DNA of 64,000 nt from an uncultured Actinomycetes bacterium (GTDB lineage: Bacteria > Actinomycetota > Thermoleophilia > RBG-16-64-13), in the NCBI GenBank assembly GCA_963747275.1, contig CAVVEI010000015.1, positions 1,604 through 65,603 on the forward strand. The letters run 5' to 3'. Of this stretch, positions 10,531 to 20,437 are shown piece by piece. The translations under genes were made by a program, and so were the position numbers. The notes under the pieces are model-generated. The model had not been told where the DNA came from and did no database searches. It worked only from the letters and a program-made list of their open reading frames with translations. Every line of letters begins with the position of its first letter. The first letter of the stretch is position 1.

Positions 10531-10917
10531 ATGCCTACTGAGACACAGCTGACCATTGAATACGATGAAGCGCGCGACCTGTTCACAGTCGTGCCCAGAG
10601 GTCCTGTGGGCGCCGAGGGCTTCGTCGCGGGCTTCAGGAACATGCTGTGCCATCCTGGTTACCATCCTGGTGTGAAGGTGCTGGTCAACATGCTCGAACA
10701 CGTGCATGCTGTGGACGGAGAGGGCATAAGACAGATCGCCGCAGTCTTCGCCGAAGAAGTGGAGGCACTCAGAGGGGTGGCGGTGGCGTCGGTGGTGAGT
10801 AAGGCCGTGTCGTACGGCATGCTTCGCATGCTCCAGACGATGGTCAGTGGTCTGCCCTTCAGCTTCTCGGTGTTCTACGACCTCAAAGAGGCTGAGGAGT
10901 CGCTAGGTCTTACCTGA
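10531..10917 (+). CDS. Hypothetical protein (possibly a STAS-like fold)
   Basis: Intact ORF with a good RBS (aggggagggg) before the ATG at 10531. I recognise no diagnostic motif. Confidence 0.4.
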   Translation: MPTETQLTIEYDEARDLFTVVPRGPVGAEGFVAGFRNMLCHPGYHPGVKVLVNMLEHVHAVDGEGIRQIAAVFAEEVEALRGVAVASVVSKAVSYGMLRMLQTMVSGLPFSFSVFYDLKEAEESLGLT

Positions 10918-11715
10918 GCGCCGCTCCGCGACAGGGGGTCTCGACAGCAAGTTCGTGCGCATGCGCACAACATGCACGAGCCACCGCGGGGTCAACGCGG
11001 CCCCCACTGCCATGAGCTTGGCGCCCATGCCGGGCAACACCAGCCTCTTGCCGCGGAGCATACCCTTGACGCCTGCCTGTGCGACCGCGGCCGCATCGCC
11101 CAGTAGACCCAGCTTGGCCGCCTTGGCTGCCGCGCCGCCGCCTTGGCCGTAGAGTCCCGTGGCCACGGCACCGGGGGCGAGGCAGGTGACATTGACCCTC
11201 CAGGGTGCCAGCTCCTCCCGCATAGAAGCGGCGAAGCTGCGCAGGTAACGCTTGGTGCCGCCGTAAAGGGCGACGCCAGGGAAGTCGCACCAGGTAGAAG
11301 CGCTTGAGACGAAGATTATGTGCCCGCTCCTGCGCTGGCGCATGTCGGCGCCGAAGTAGCGCGCCAGCAGTGACGGGGTGGTCACATGAAGCTGAAGCAG
11401 GGCGGCCATGCGGGCGGGGTCGGTGTCGACCACCTCGCCGAACAAGAGCATGCCCGCGTTGTTGATCAGCACCTCGACCTCCAGGCCGAGTCTCCGCACC
11501 GAGTCGTACACCGCGACCGCGGCATCGGGCTGCGCTAGGTCGAAAGTAAGAGCGTGGGTGGGCACGCCATGTTCGGCGGCCAACCTCTGTGCGGCGAGCT
11601 GCAGTTCGGCCGTGCGGTTGCTCACCAGCACTAGTGCGTAGCCGCGTTTGGCCAGCTCGCGCGCCAGCTCGAGACCGATGCCAGAACAAGCTCCTGTGAC
11701 GAGTGCCCACTGCAA
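10903..11715 (-). CDS. SDR family oxidoreductase
   Basis: N-terminal ALVTGACSGIGLELARELAKRG (TGxxxGIG Rossmann motif), NNAG, and S..Y..K spacing. Confidence 0.8.
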   Translation of the reverse strand: MQWALVTGACSGIGLELARELAKRGYALVLVSNRTAELQLAAQRLAAEHGVPTHALTFDLAQPDAAVAVYDSVRRLGLEVEVLINNAGMLLFGEVVDTDPARMAALLQLHVTTPSLLARYFGADMRQRRSGHIIFVSSASTWCDFPGVALYGGTKRYLRSFAASMREELAPWRVNVTCLAPGAVATGLYGQGGGAAAKAAKLGLLGDAAAVAQAGVKGMLRGKRLVLPGMGAKLMAVGAALTPRWLVHVVRMRTNLLSRPPVAERRSGKT

Positions 11716-11773
11716 AGGGATACGACCTCCAGGGTCGAAGAATCTGCCGCAGGGAAAACAGACTACCTACAAC

Positions 11774-11803
11774 GCGGCGCCCTCCCAGCCGGGAGGGCGC
11801 CGC
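11774..11803 (-). terminator. GC-rich hairpin downstream of the SPFH gene
   Basis: gcggcgccctccc agcc gggagggcgccgc, a 13-bp perfect stem. Confidence 0.45.
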
Positions 11804-11853
11804 GCTTTCTTACCAGAGCGACCGCCACAGCTTGGGGTGGCGCGTCTGTGCTT

Positions 11854-12791
11854 CTAGCGGTTCGGCGCCGCGGGGCCGCTCGACGGACCGGCACCGGCCC
11901 TGGGGGCCGCGGTCTCGCCGACCGTCACAGGCGTGATGCCCGCGAGGTCGCCTATGACGTTGACCAGCTGGGAGTCGCCGGGCACCACGATCTTGGCGTT
12001 CTGGCTGAGCGACGCGCTCCATGGCCTCCAGCTTGCGGAGCACCTGGGCGTTGCCGATGAAGTACTTGTCGGCGGCTTCGTTGACCAGTCTGATGGCTTC
12101 GGCCTGGCCTTCGGCCTCGAGGATGCGGGCCTGCCTGCTGGCCTTCGGCCTGCTTGATGGAGGCGCGGCGCTGGCCGTCTGCCTGAGTCTCGGTGGCGGT
12201 AGCGAAGTCGACAGCCGCGACCTTCTCGTTCTCGGCCTTGACCACCTTGTTCATGGTCACCTGGACGTCCTCGGGCGGGTCGATCTCTTTGAGCTCGGTG
12301 CGCAGGATCTCGATGCCCCAGCTGGCCGTCTCGCTGAGCAGGGTGTTGCGTAGCTCTTCGTTGATCTTGCCGCGCTCGCTGTTGGCCGACTTGAGGGTCA
12401 GGGTGCCGATGATGTTACGCAGCGTGGTGCGGGCCAGGTTGACTATCTGCATCTCGTAGTTGTACACGTTGTACTGAGACGCCTTGACGTTCGCTTCGTC
12501 GGCCTTGACCTTGAGGTACACCTGCGCGTCCACACGGGCGTTCAGGTTGTCGTTGGTGATGATCATCTGGGGCTGGGCTTCCACCAGCATCTCGCGGATG
12601 TCTACCCGGTACATCTTCTCGATGCCGAGCGGCCAGATGACGTGGAATCCGGGGTTGGAGTAGCGCACGTACTTGCCGAAACGCTCAACCAGACCGCGGT
12701 GGGTAGGCCGGATGATCCTGATGCCGGTGGCGAGCAGGATAAGGAATACCACTATCCCTACCACTAGCCCCACGGTTGCCACTGTACTCAC
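11854..12791 (-). CDS. SPFH / band-7 (stomatin-prohibitin-like) membrane protein, C-terminal frameshifts
   Basis: N-terminal TM segment, then IRIIRPTHRGLVERFGKY..PGFH.IWP, an SPFH signature. The C-terminal coiled-coil (..AEGQ..VLRKLEAME..) continues in other frames down to the TAG at 11854-11856. Confidence 0.7.
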
Positions 12792-12912
12792 GCGCTCCCC
12801 CTTCTTTGTGGTTGCCCGCCAGCCCCGATGGGTGCGCTCGGCGGCTACGTTCTTGTCAGACTCCCCCCATGCTAAGGGCTGGCGCGTCAGGAGTCAAAGG
12901 GGAGCGCTCCCG

Positions 12913-14270
12913 CTAGAGGAAGAACACCACCGTGACTATCGCAAAGATGGGGAACAGCACAGCGCAGGAGTAGGCCATGTAGCCGAAGAACGAGGGCATC
13001 TTTATGCCCGAGCGCTCGGCGATGCACTTCACCGTGAAGTTGGGCGCGTTGCCTATGTAGGTGTTGGCTCCCATGAAGACCGCGCCGCACGAGATAGCAG
13101 CCAGCAGACCGCCGGCAGACTTCGCCAGCTCGCCGACCGAGGCCACTATCTCACCGGTAGCCGCGGAGACCTGCCCCTGGGCCACCGAGGTGAAGGTCAG
13201 GTAGGTGGGGGCGTTGTCGAGGAACGACGAGAGCACTCCGCGTGCTCCAGAAGTACTGCCAGGGTTGGGTGAAGCCTATCTGGGCCCCATGCGCTTCAAG
13301 CAGCGCCAGCGCCGGCGCCATGGTGGCGAAGATGCCGGCGAACAGCACGGCCACCTCTATGAAGGGCGGCCAGCAGAAGTTGTTGCACTCGCGCGGGCCG
13401 CGGGGGCAGAGCTTGTGCGAGATGAGGGCGAGGGCTATGAGTATCACCTCGCGTATGAACGGGAAGTGGATGAAGTCTCCGGCCCTTCCCAGCTCCTTGG
13501 AGAACAGCACGGCGGCTATGACCAGGCCTAGGAGCAACAGGTTTATCCAGCCCCTCAGTCTCATGGGCACGTAGTCTTCGACATCCTGTTTGATGGCCGT
13601 CTTGGGCTCTTTGCGGTGGTAGACATAGAGCTCCCAGACCGCGTAGACAAGCAACAAGAGGCCCACCGTGAGCAGCCACTGAGGCCAGAGGCGCAGAGTC
13701 CAGGCAAACGGCACGCCTCGCAAGAAGCCCAAGAAGAGCGGAGGGTCGCCCAGAGGCGTGAGTAGGCCACCGCAGTTGCTTACAGCAAAGATGAAGAAGA
13801 TCACCGTATGGCGCGCGTACTTGCGCTCGGAGTTGGCTCTGAGCAGAGGCCGTATGAGCACCATGGAGGCGCCCATGGTGCCTATGAGGTTGGCCAGCAC
13901 TGAGCCGACGGCCAGGTAGGTGAGGTTGTGGCGGGGGGTGGCGACGGCGTTGCCGGTGAGGTGGATGCCCCCAGAGATGGTGAAGAGAGCAAAGAGCAGC
14001 ACTATGAACTGGATGTACTCTCGGCCGGTGTGCCAGGCGAGCTCGAAGCCATGGCCGCCGAAGGCCACCAACAGGTAGATGATGCGTGGGAGCTCCGAGG
14101 ATGAAGGCGACGTAGGCTTTGTGGCGGTTGCGCTCGAACCAGTGCCCGCAGATGAGGGGCAGCAGCGCTATGGAGAGCAGCATCAATACGAAGGGGGTGA
14201 TGGTCCACCAGCCCAGCTGACCACCTACTATGAGGCTCGCGCTCTCTTCCAGACTGGCGCTCTCTGGCAC
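12913..14270 (-). CDS. ArsB/NhaD-superfamily ion transporter (citrate-transporter-like permease), frameshifted
   Basis: Pieces 13296..14363, 13151..14071 and 12913..13236 are collinear. ..[19 protein letters not shown].. and ..[14 protein letters not shown].. are typical of this superfamily. A GTG start at 14270 is preceded by gggaga. Confidence 0.6.
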
Positions 14271-14417
14271 TTGATCTCCCGTTCGCTCGCTAGAAGCTAC
14301 AAAACGCGAGCTCGAAAACTTCAAGTCGCGCCACCGGACCGTGCGGCCTAGGGTAGCGCACACGTTTCATTCGGCGCAATAGCCGGTAGTAGCTAACTTT
14401 AGTTGGTGGCGAGGGGC

Positions 14418-15079
14418 CTACGTCTGGCGACGACTGGCGGCGGCGTCGTAGATCTGCTTGCCGCCGCTGACCATGGCCAGGCCCAGCGCTAGCCAGAACA
14501 GGTAGAGAGAGACTTCGGTCAAGGTCGTCAAGCTCCAGCATCCCGGCGAGCAAGAACAAGAACAGCGCCAGGCTTTGCATGATCATCTTGCCTTTGCCAA
14601 AGAAGTTGGACGACTGCGTGGTCTGCGCGCGCAGCAGCAGGGGCACCCCCACGGCGGTGAAGATGAGCTCCAAGACGATGAAGCCCAAGAAGATAGGACC
14701 ACCAGCCCAGTATGGGGGTAGGGCCGCCAGCCCACCCAGGCGAGCACCGCGCCGACCAGGAGTTTGTCGGCTATGGGGTCGACATAGGTGCCAAAGGTGC
14801 TGGTCTGCTTGCGTTCGCGGGCCATGGCCCCGTCGATGAGGTCGGTGGCGGTGGCGACGCAGAACATGCCCAGGGCCCAGCCGCGGCGCTCGAAGTAGCA
14901 GCAGCACCAGTATCACCGGGATAAAGAGCAGGCGGAGTACCGTGAGGTGGTTGGGCTTGATCCAGCGGGGGAAGGCCCACAGCATGGTCTTGACAACGAT
15001 CTTGTCCGAGATGCGCTGCACCGCGGGTTGGCGTCTTTGCGCTCCTGGTCCTCTGCTGTGTCTTCTGCCATTCGCGCAT
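14418..15079 (-). CDS. CDP-alcohol phosphatidyltransferase family protein (PgsA-like), frameshifted
   Basis: ATDLIDGAMARERKQTSTFGTYVDPIADKL matches D-x2-DG-x2-AR-x8-G-x3-D-x3-D. Flanking TM segments lie in two other frames. The start is uncertain. Confidence 0.65.
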
Positions 15080-15107
15080 CGTACAGGGCGGGGGCGGTTA
15101 TGTCGAC

Positions 15108-15538
15108 TGCCGTGCCGCGCTGGTGTAGTATCGGCGCATGCGCTCATAAGACAGTCCTTACCTACGGAACCTACGATCTGCTCCACAAGGGCCACGTGCT
15201 CCTGTTGGAGCGCGCCAAACAGTTGGGCGACTATCTCATCGTCGGTCTGTCGACCGACGCCTTCAACCGCGTCAAGAACAAGAACTGTGTCTATCCTTAT
15301 GAGGACAGGTTGTTGATCGTCTCCGCGATAAGGTACGTGGACAAGGTGATACCTGAAGAGAATTGGGAACAGAAGGTCGACGACATAAAGCGCTACAAGG
15401 TGGACGTTCTCGTCATGGGTGACGATTGGCAAGGGCAGTTCGACTCGCTTGAGCGAGTACTGCGAGGTCGTGTATCTGCCCAGGACACCGGGTATCTCTA
15501 CTACCGCGATCAAGACAGGGCTGGGTGGTAAGGGTTGA
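15108..15538 (+). CDS. tagD: Glycerol-3-phosphate cytidylyltransferase
   Basis: KTVLTYGTYDLLHKGHVLLLERAKQLGDYLIVGLSTDAFN..IRYVDKVIPEENWEQK..VLVMGDDWQGQFD is near-collinear with TagD (HxGH motif). The C-terminal ..YCEVVYLPRTPGISTT.. is reached after a 1-nt shift near 15455. The exact start is uncertain. Confidence 0.8.
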
Positions 15539-16690
15539 GCCCTGCCAGGTGGCTTGGACAGCTAGTCTATTGCGTGGTGCCCAAGCGGAGGATCGCGGTC
15601 TTCAACGGCCAACCCGCTTACTGCGACGATGTTCTGGCCTTGGAGAAGGTGCTTGCGCGAGACCGACCTGCGCAAGCTGGTGATCCTCTGCTCTTCGCAC
15701 AAGGAGGCCAAGGCGCGGTCGAGGTATCCGGAGTTGTCGCCCGACACGCTGGCGGTGCCCAAGAGGACACTTCCGGGGCGTCTGGTACGTCATGACCGCC
15801 AAGTACGTGTTCTTCACCCATTCGTTCGCCATGCAGCGGTGTCCCAAGCTCGGTGGAGTCGGTCAACGTGTGGCACGGCATGCCGGTGAAGCGGGTAGGG
15901 TGGATGACCGACTCGGGTCCGCTGCTGCCGGTAGTCAAGTACTCGCTGGCCACCTCGCCCTTCTGGGCAAGTGGTGGTGCAGGAGTCGCTGCGTCCCACC
16001 GTGAGCACCTTCGTGACGGGGCTGCCCAGAAACGACCGTCTGTTGCTCGGCGACAGGGGGGTGCTCGACGCAGCTGGGCTATCCGCCGGAGTCTGGCACC
16101 CGGTTGATCGCCTGGCTGCCCACCTATCGCTACGAGTGGACAAGGCAGGAACCTGCGCACGCACTGCTCCCACGTGCTGGGCCTTTCGGCGGAGGAGTTG
16201 CGAGAGATCAACGAGCTGCTCGAGCAGCACAACGCCCTGCTGGTGGTGAAGCGGCACCCCATGGCCGAGCGTGAGAAGACGCCGGAGCTGAGCCGCATAC
16301 GGTACGTGAGCGACGAGTGGCTGCACGAGCGGGCTTTCACCCTGCACGAGCTCCTGGGGGAGTCGTGCGCCTTGGTCACCGATGTCTCGAGCGCCTACGT
16401 GGACTACTTGATCGTCGACCGTCCGATAGTGCACCACTTTCCCGGACATCGAGGCGTACGGCCAGTCTCGCGGGTACTCGTTCACTCCCATCCAGGAGTA
16501 TCTGGCCGGTCCGGTGGTGGACGATCCGGCAGGGCTGGCCGGAGCCCTCTCTGCGATCCTGCAAGGCAAAGACACTCACGCCGAGCAGCGGCGCCAGGTG
16601 CGTGACCTCTTTCACGAGCCTCTGGGCGGGTCGGCGGCCGAGCGTTTGGCGCAGGAGTTGGGACTGGTAGCGCGCTCGCCGGGTCTGTAA
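15535..16690 (+). CDS. CDP-glycerol glycerophosphotransferase family protein (TagB/TagF type), multiply frameshifted
   Basis: Fragments ..VNVWHGMPVKRVG.., ..FVTGLPRNDRLL.., ..LLVVKRHPMAE.. and ..ESCALVTDVSSAYVDYLIVDRPIV.. are spread over three frames in the order expected for TagF-like transferases. Confidence 0.65.
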
Positions 16691-16779
16691 GAGCAGGGTG
16701 TTAGATGGCTCTCGGCAAATGCTCTCCGGCGCAGGGCGCCGGTGCTTCACCCGTACATGCGACCACTGGAGCGAAGAAG

Positions 16780-18230
16780 ATGAAGAACCCCGATCTCAGC
16801 CTGTCCGACCTCAGCTCGTACTTTCCTGACGACTTCACGCCCGAGCAGAAGGCCAAGGCTCAGACCATCTTCCTGAAGGAACTTGCGGCTACCGTCCACA
16901 AGTACTACCGCGGCAAGATCGTCACCATGCCCAAGGCCGGCATCTACGGCTTCAACTGGTTCAACGTCTACTACACGCCCGGCGTGTCCATGGTCTCCAC
17001 CAGCATCCGCGACAACCAGGATGCTTCGTTCGACCTCAGCAACCGGGGCAACCTGGTGGCCGTGGTCTCTGACTCCACCCGCGTGCTGGGCGACGGCGAC
17101 GTGACCCCTCCCGGTGGCCTGGGCGTCATGGAGGGCAAGGCCTTTCTCATGAAGTACCTGGGCGGCGTGGACGGCATGGCTCTCTGCGTGAACAGCTACA
17201 ACAAAGAGGGCAAGCACGACCCCGACAAGATCATCGAGTTCGTCAAGATGCTCGAGCCCAGCGTGGGCGCCGTCAACCTGGAAGACATCAGCCAGCCCAA
17301 CTGCTTCAAGGTGCTGGACACCCTGCGCGAGGAGTGCGACATCCCGGTGTGGCACGATGACGCTCAGGGCACTGCCAGCGTGACCTTGGCCGGTCTGCTG
17401 AACGCCCTCAAGGTGGTGGGCAAGGAGCTCAAGGACGCGAAGATCGTGCTGATAGGCGCCGGCGCTGCCAACAGCACCATCGCGCGGCTGCATCCTGGCC
17501 GACGGGGCCGACCCGGCGAAGATGATCGTCTTCGACAGCAAGGGTGGTCTGCACAAGGGTCGCGACGACGTCAAGGCCGACAAGGCCTACTACCGCAAGT
17601 GGGAGCTGTGCGAGCAGACCAACCCCAAGAAGATCGACACCGAGGCTGAGGCCTTCAAGGGTGCCGACGTGGTCATCGGCGCTTCACAGCCCGGCTCCAT
17701 CAAGCCGGAGTGGATCAAGACCATGGCCGACAAGGCCATCGTCTTCGCCTGCGCCAACCCGGTGCCCGAGATCTACCCGTACGCCGCCAAAGAGGCCGGC
17801 GCCTACGTGGTGGCCACCGGCCGCGGCGACTTCCCCAACCAGGTGAACAACTCCATGGGCTTCCCGGGCATCCTCAAGGGCGCCCTCCTGGTGCGGGCCC
17901 GCAAGATCACCGACGAGATGGCCATAGCCGCCGCGCACGCCGTGGCCGGCTTCGCCGAGAAGAAGGGCATCAGCCCCGACTACATCATGCCCACCATGCA
18001 GGAGACTCGAGGTCTTCGCGGTGGAGGCCGCCGACGTGGCCATGCAGGCCATCAAAGACGGCGTGGCCCGCATCGACCTGACCTGGGACGAGGTCTACAA
18101 GACCACCTTGGCCGACGTCAAAGAGGCGCGGGCGACCATCGACCTGATGCAGAAGAAGGACTTCATCAAGGCCCCTGATCTAAGCTTGCTCAAGGCCGCC
18201 CGCGACAAAGCGGTGGCCGCGGTCAAGTAG
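16780..18230 (+). CDS. NAD(P)-dependent malic enzyme, two frameshifts
   Basis: YYTPGVS.., SDSTRVLGDGDV.PPGGLGVMEGKA.L.KYLGG.D, EDISQPNCF, VWHDDAQGTA and GAGAAN are malic-enzyme motifs. Removing the base at about 17491 joins ..IARL to ILADGADPAKMIVFD. A second shift lies near 18010. Confidence 0.85.
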
Positions 18231-18245
18231 CACATGCGCTTTTCA

Positions 18246-18281
18246 CCGAGGCGCCGCGGCCCAGCGGCCGCGGCGCCTCGG
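18246..18281 (+). terminator. 16-bp perfect GC hairpin after the malic enzyme gene
   Basis: ccgaggcgccgcggcc cagc ggccgcggcgcctcgg. Confidence 0.55.
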
Positions 18282-18323
18282 CTATGCTATGAAGGTCCCG
18301 ACGGAGGGCGGTAAGGAGGCAGG

Positions 18324-18767
18324 ATGGACTTCTTGGAAAATGGTCTGGGCTTAGCGGTATGGACTACGCTCACACTCGGCCTTGTGGCTGTCTACGTCGT
18401 AGTCGCTGTCTTCTTCCTACTGAACCTGCGCGATCTCCTGCGTCATGTAGCTCCGCACAACCGGATGATGCGACCCGACCAGGTGTGGCTGAACCTCATC
18501 CCCCTGTTCAACCTCGTCTGGATCTTCATCACCATCATCAAGGTCCGTGACTCGGTGCGGTATGAGTTCCAGAGCCGCAACTGGGCACAAAACGGTGACT
18601 TCGGCTACGGTGTGGGCTTGGCCGCGGCCATTCTCAGCATCGTGAGTTGGGGTCCGCTTGGGTTGGCCGCCTTCGTGTGCTGGATAATCTACTGGGTCAG
18701 GACATCGGAGCTCAAGAACCAGTTGGCGCAACCGCCGGCGGGCTGGGTACCTCCGGCCGGTAACTAG
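18324..18767 (+). CDS. Hypothetical membrane protein, paralogue 1 of a tandem pair
   Basis: Intact ORF with RBS aaggagg. It shares LLNLRDLLRHV..NR.MRPD.VWLNLIP.F...WI.IT..KVR.S.. and a C-terminal ..IAYW/IIYW....LKNQL with the next gene. Confidence 0.55.
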   Translation: MDFLENGLGLAVWTTLTLGLVAVYVVVAVFFLLNLRDLLRHVAPHNRMMRPDQVWLNLIPLFNLVWIFITIIKVRDSVRYEFQSRNWAQNGDFGYGVGLAAAILSIVSWGPLGLAAFVCWIIYWVRTSELKNQLAQPPAGWVPPAGN

Positions 18768-18783
18768 AGGGGGGATCGACAGG

Positions 18784-19413
18784 ATGGATCGGAGCTACTG
18801 GATCAACCAGCTCGTAGGTCTGTTGATCAGGACGTTGCTGCTGATCCTCTTCTTGAACACTCTGAGGGGGCTGCTGAGACAGGTGAGCGATAAGAACCGG
18901 GCCCTTCGGCCCGATCTGGTGTGGCTCAACCTGATCCCCTATTTCGACTACGCCTGGATCCTCATCACCTTGCTGAAGGTCAGGGCCTCTCTGCGCGCCG
19001 AACTCACAGCACGAGGCAGATCGACCGCCCAGGCGGATTCGGCGTTCACCGTGGGGCTGGTCTCCTGGATCCTCTATGTGGTGACATTCGCCCTGATCTG
19101 GCTGTTGCTGCTCGCACCTGACCTGTTGATCCCCGTGGTGGGGATTACCAGTCTAGTCATGATCGCGTTCTGGATAGCCTACTGGTCGAAGATAGCGAGC
19201 CTCAAGAATCAGTTGGTGTCGTTTGACGTAGTGGGGGCGCCGGTTGCCTTGCCTCCCGGCAGTGCCTACCAACCTGGCGCGGCCATGCCCGCGCAGGTCG
19301 CGGGAAGTGGGGCGCCTGTTCAGGCTGCCGAGGGAGCCACCTGTCCGTTCTGCGGGGGCGTGTGCCGGCCGAACGCCCAGTTCTGCTCTGTCTGTGGGCG
19401 GCCGGTGGCTTAG
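18784..19413 (+). CDS. Hypothetical membrane protein, paralogue 2, with a C-terminal zinc ribbon
   Basis: Has the same motif set as 18324..18767, plus CPFCGGVCRPNAQFCSVCGRP at the C-terminus. Confidence 0.55.
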   Translation: MDRSYWINQLVGLLIRTLLLILFLNTLRGLLRQVSDKNRALRPDLVWLNLIPYFDYAWILITLLKVRASLRAELTARGRSTAQADSAFTVGLVSWILYVVTFALIWLLLLAPDLLIPVVGITSLVMIAFWIAYWSKIASLKNQLVSFDVVGAPVALPPGSAYQPGAAMPAQVAGSGAPVQAAEGATCPFCGGVCRPNAQFCSVCGRPVA

Positions 19414-19425
19414 GCCTGTGTGCGG

Positions 19426-20334
19426 CTAGGCTTGCCAGCTGAGCTGGTTGCGACCCTGCGACTTGCTCTCGTAGAGCAGGCGATCGGCACGGGCCACGAG
19501 TGATTCGCCGGTATCGCTGGGCCTGATGAGGGTTATACCCACGGACACGGTGACACGCAGTTCGGTGCCATCCTCGAGGGTCAGGTAGGAGCTCGCCACC
19601 AGCGAGCGTAGCTTTTCTGCCAGCAGACGGATGCCTTCTGAGTCTATGCTGCGCAACACGGCCAGGAACTCGTCGCCCCCCCAGCGCCCGATAGAGTCTG
19701 AGGCTCTGAGGTTGTGCCTGAAGGTCTCGGTGACCATCTTGAGCACCCGGTCCCCCGTCTCGTGGCCGAACGTGTCGTTGATGTGCTTGAAGTGATCGAT
19801 GTCGGCGAACAGTACTCCTATGTGTCCCTCCGACTTGCGGCGCTCGGCGATGCCGGTCTCGATGGCACTCTCCATGCTCCTGCGGTTGCCTACACCGGTC
19901 AGGACGTCGGTATCGGCCTCCGCGCTCAGCTCCGCGACCTTCTCCAAAGCATCGAATAGAGGGGAATTGTCGGTGAAGACCTCGACGAGCCCCCGGACGC
20001 TCCCGTCTGCTTCACACACCGGATAGACGCGAACGCTCACGGGCACGCGGTAGCCCTCCTTGTGGTGCAGATAGACCTCGGCCTCCTGCACCAGGCAGTC
20101 GGTGAGAGCGGCGGAGAGCGGGCAACTGGTCTCGCAAAGGGGTTGGCCGGCGACGTCCACATGGGTGAGGATGCCGTCAGCACAGGAGTGGCCGTGAGCC
20201 TCAGCGGCGGAGAAGCCGGTTATGTGCTCGGCCGCTGGGTTCCAGTAGGTGATGCGACGTTGGCTGTCGCAGAAGTACACGCCGTCGGTGACGCTCTGGA
20301 GCGCGATCTTGTAGAAGTCCTGCCGGTCAGTCAT
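19426..20334 (-). CDS. PAS-domain diguanylate cyclase (GGDEF)
   Basis: RITYWNPAAEHITGFSAAEA (PAS), and GVGNRRS..FADIDHFKHINDTFGHETGD..RWGGDEFLAVL (GGDEF with an intact GGDEF motif). Confidence 0.85.
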   Translation of the reverse strand: MTDRQDFYKIALQSVTDGVYFCDSQRRITYWNPAAEHITGFSAAEAHGHSCADGILTHVDVAGQPLCETSCPLSAALTDCLVQEAEVYLHHKEGYRVPVSVRVYPVCEADGSVRGLVEVFTDNSPLFDALEKVAELSAEADTDVLTGVGNRRSMESAIETGIAERRKSEGHIGVLFADIDHFKHINDTFGHETGDRVLKMVTETFRHNLRASDSIGRWGGDEFLAVLRSIDSEGIRLLAEKLRSLVASSYLTLEDGTELRVTVSVGITLIRPSDTGESLVARADRLLYESKSQGRNQLSWQA

Positions 20335-20437
20335 TTCTCTGCTCTCTTAACGCGTCCTCGCACCGGCCATACCCGCGCGCGGGCGGGGCGAAACGTTGTG
20401 TGCTGGGGCAAGCGCAGGCAGATGGCTGCAGTCGCGC

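Noticed and set aside
14290-15513. Long 407-aa minus-strand ORF. Similar long antisense ORFs occur at 16747..17583, 20924..21862, 30123..31349, 32967..33692, 37244..37876, 46036..46698, 57610..58497 and 59137..60399.
   Set aside because: They lie antisense to, or out of frame with, genes that have clear family motifs (tagD, malic enzyme, alr, etfAB, ETF-QO, queF, proteins A and B). Their translations are Arg/Pro/Gly/Ala-rich with no motifs. These are typical shadow ORFs of GC-rich DNA. Parts of 14290..15513 do carry real PgsA-like segments, and those are covered by the 14418..15079 call.
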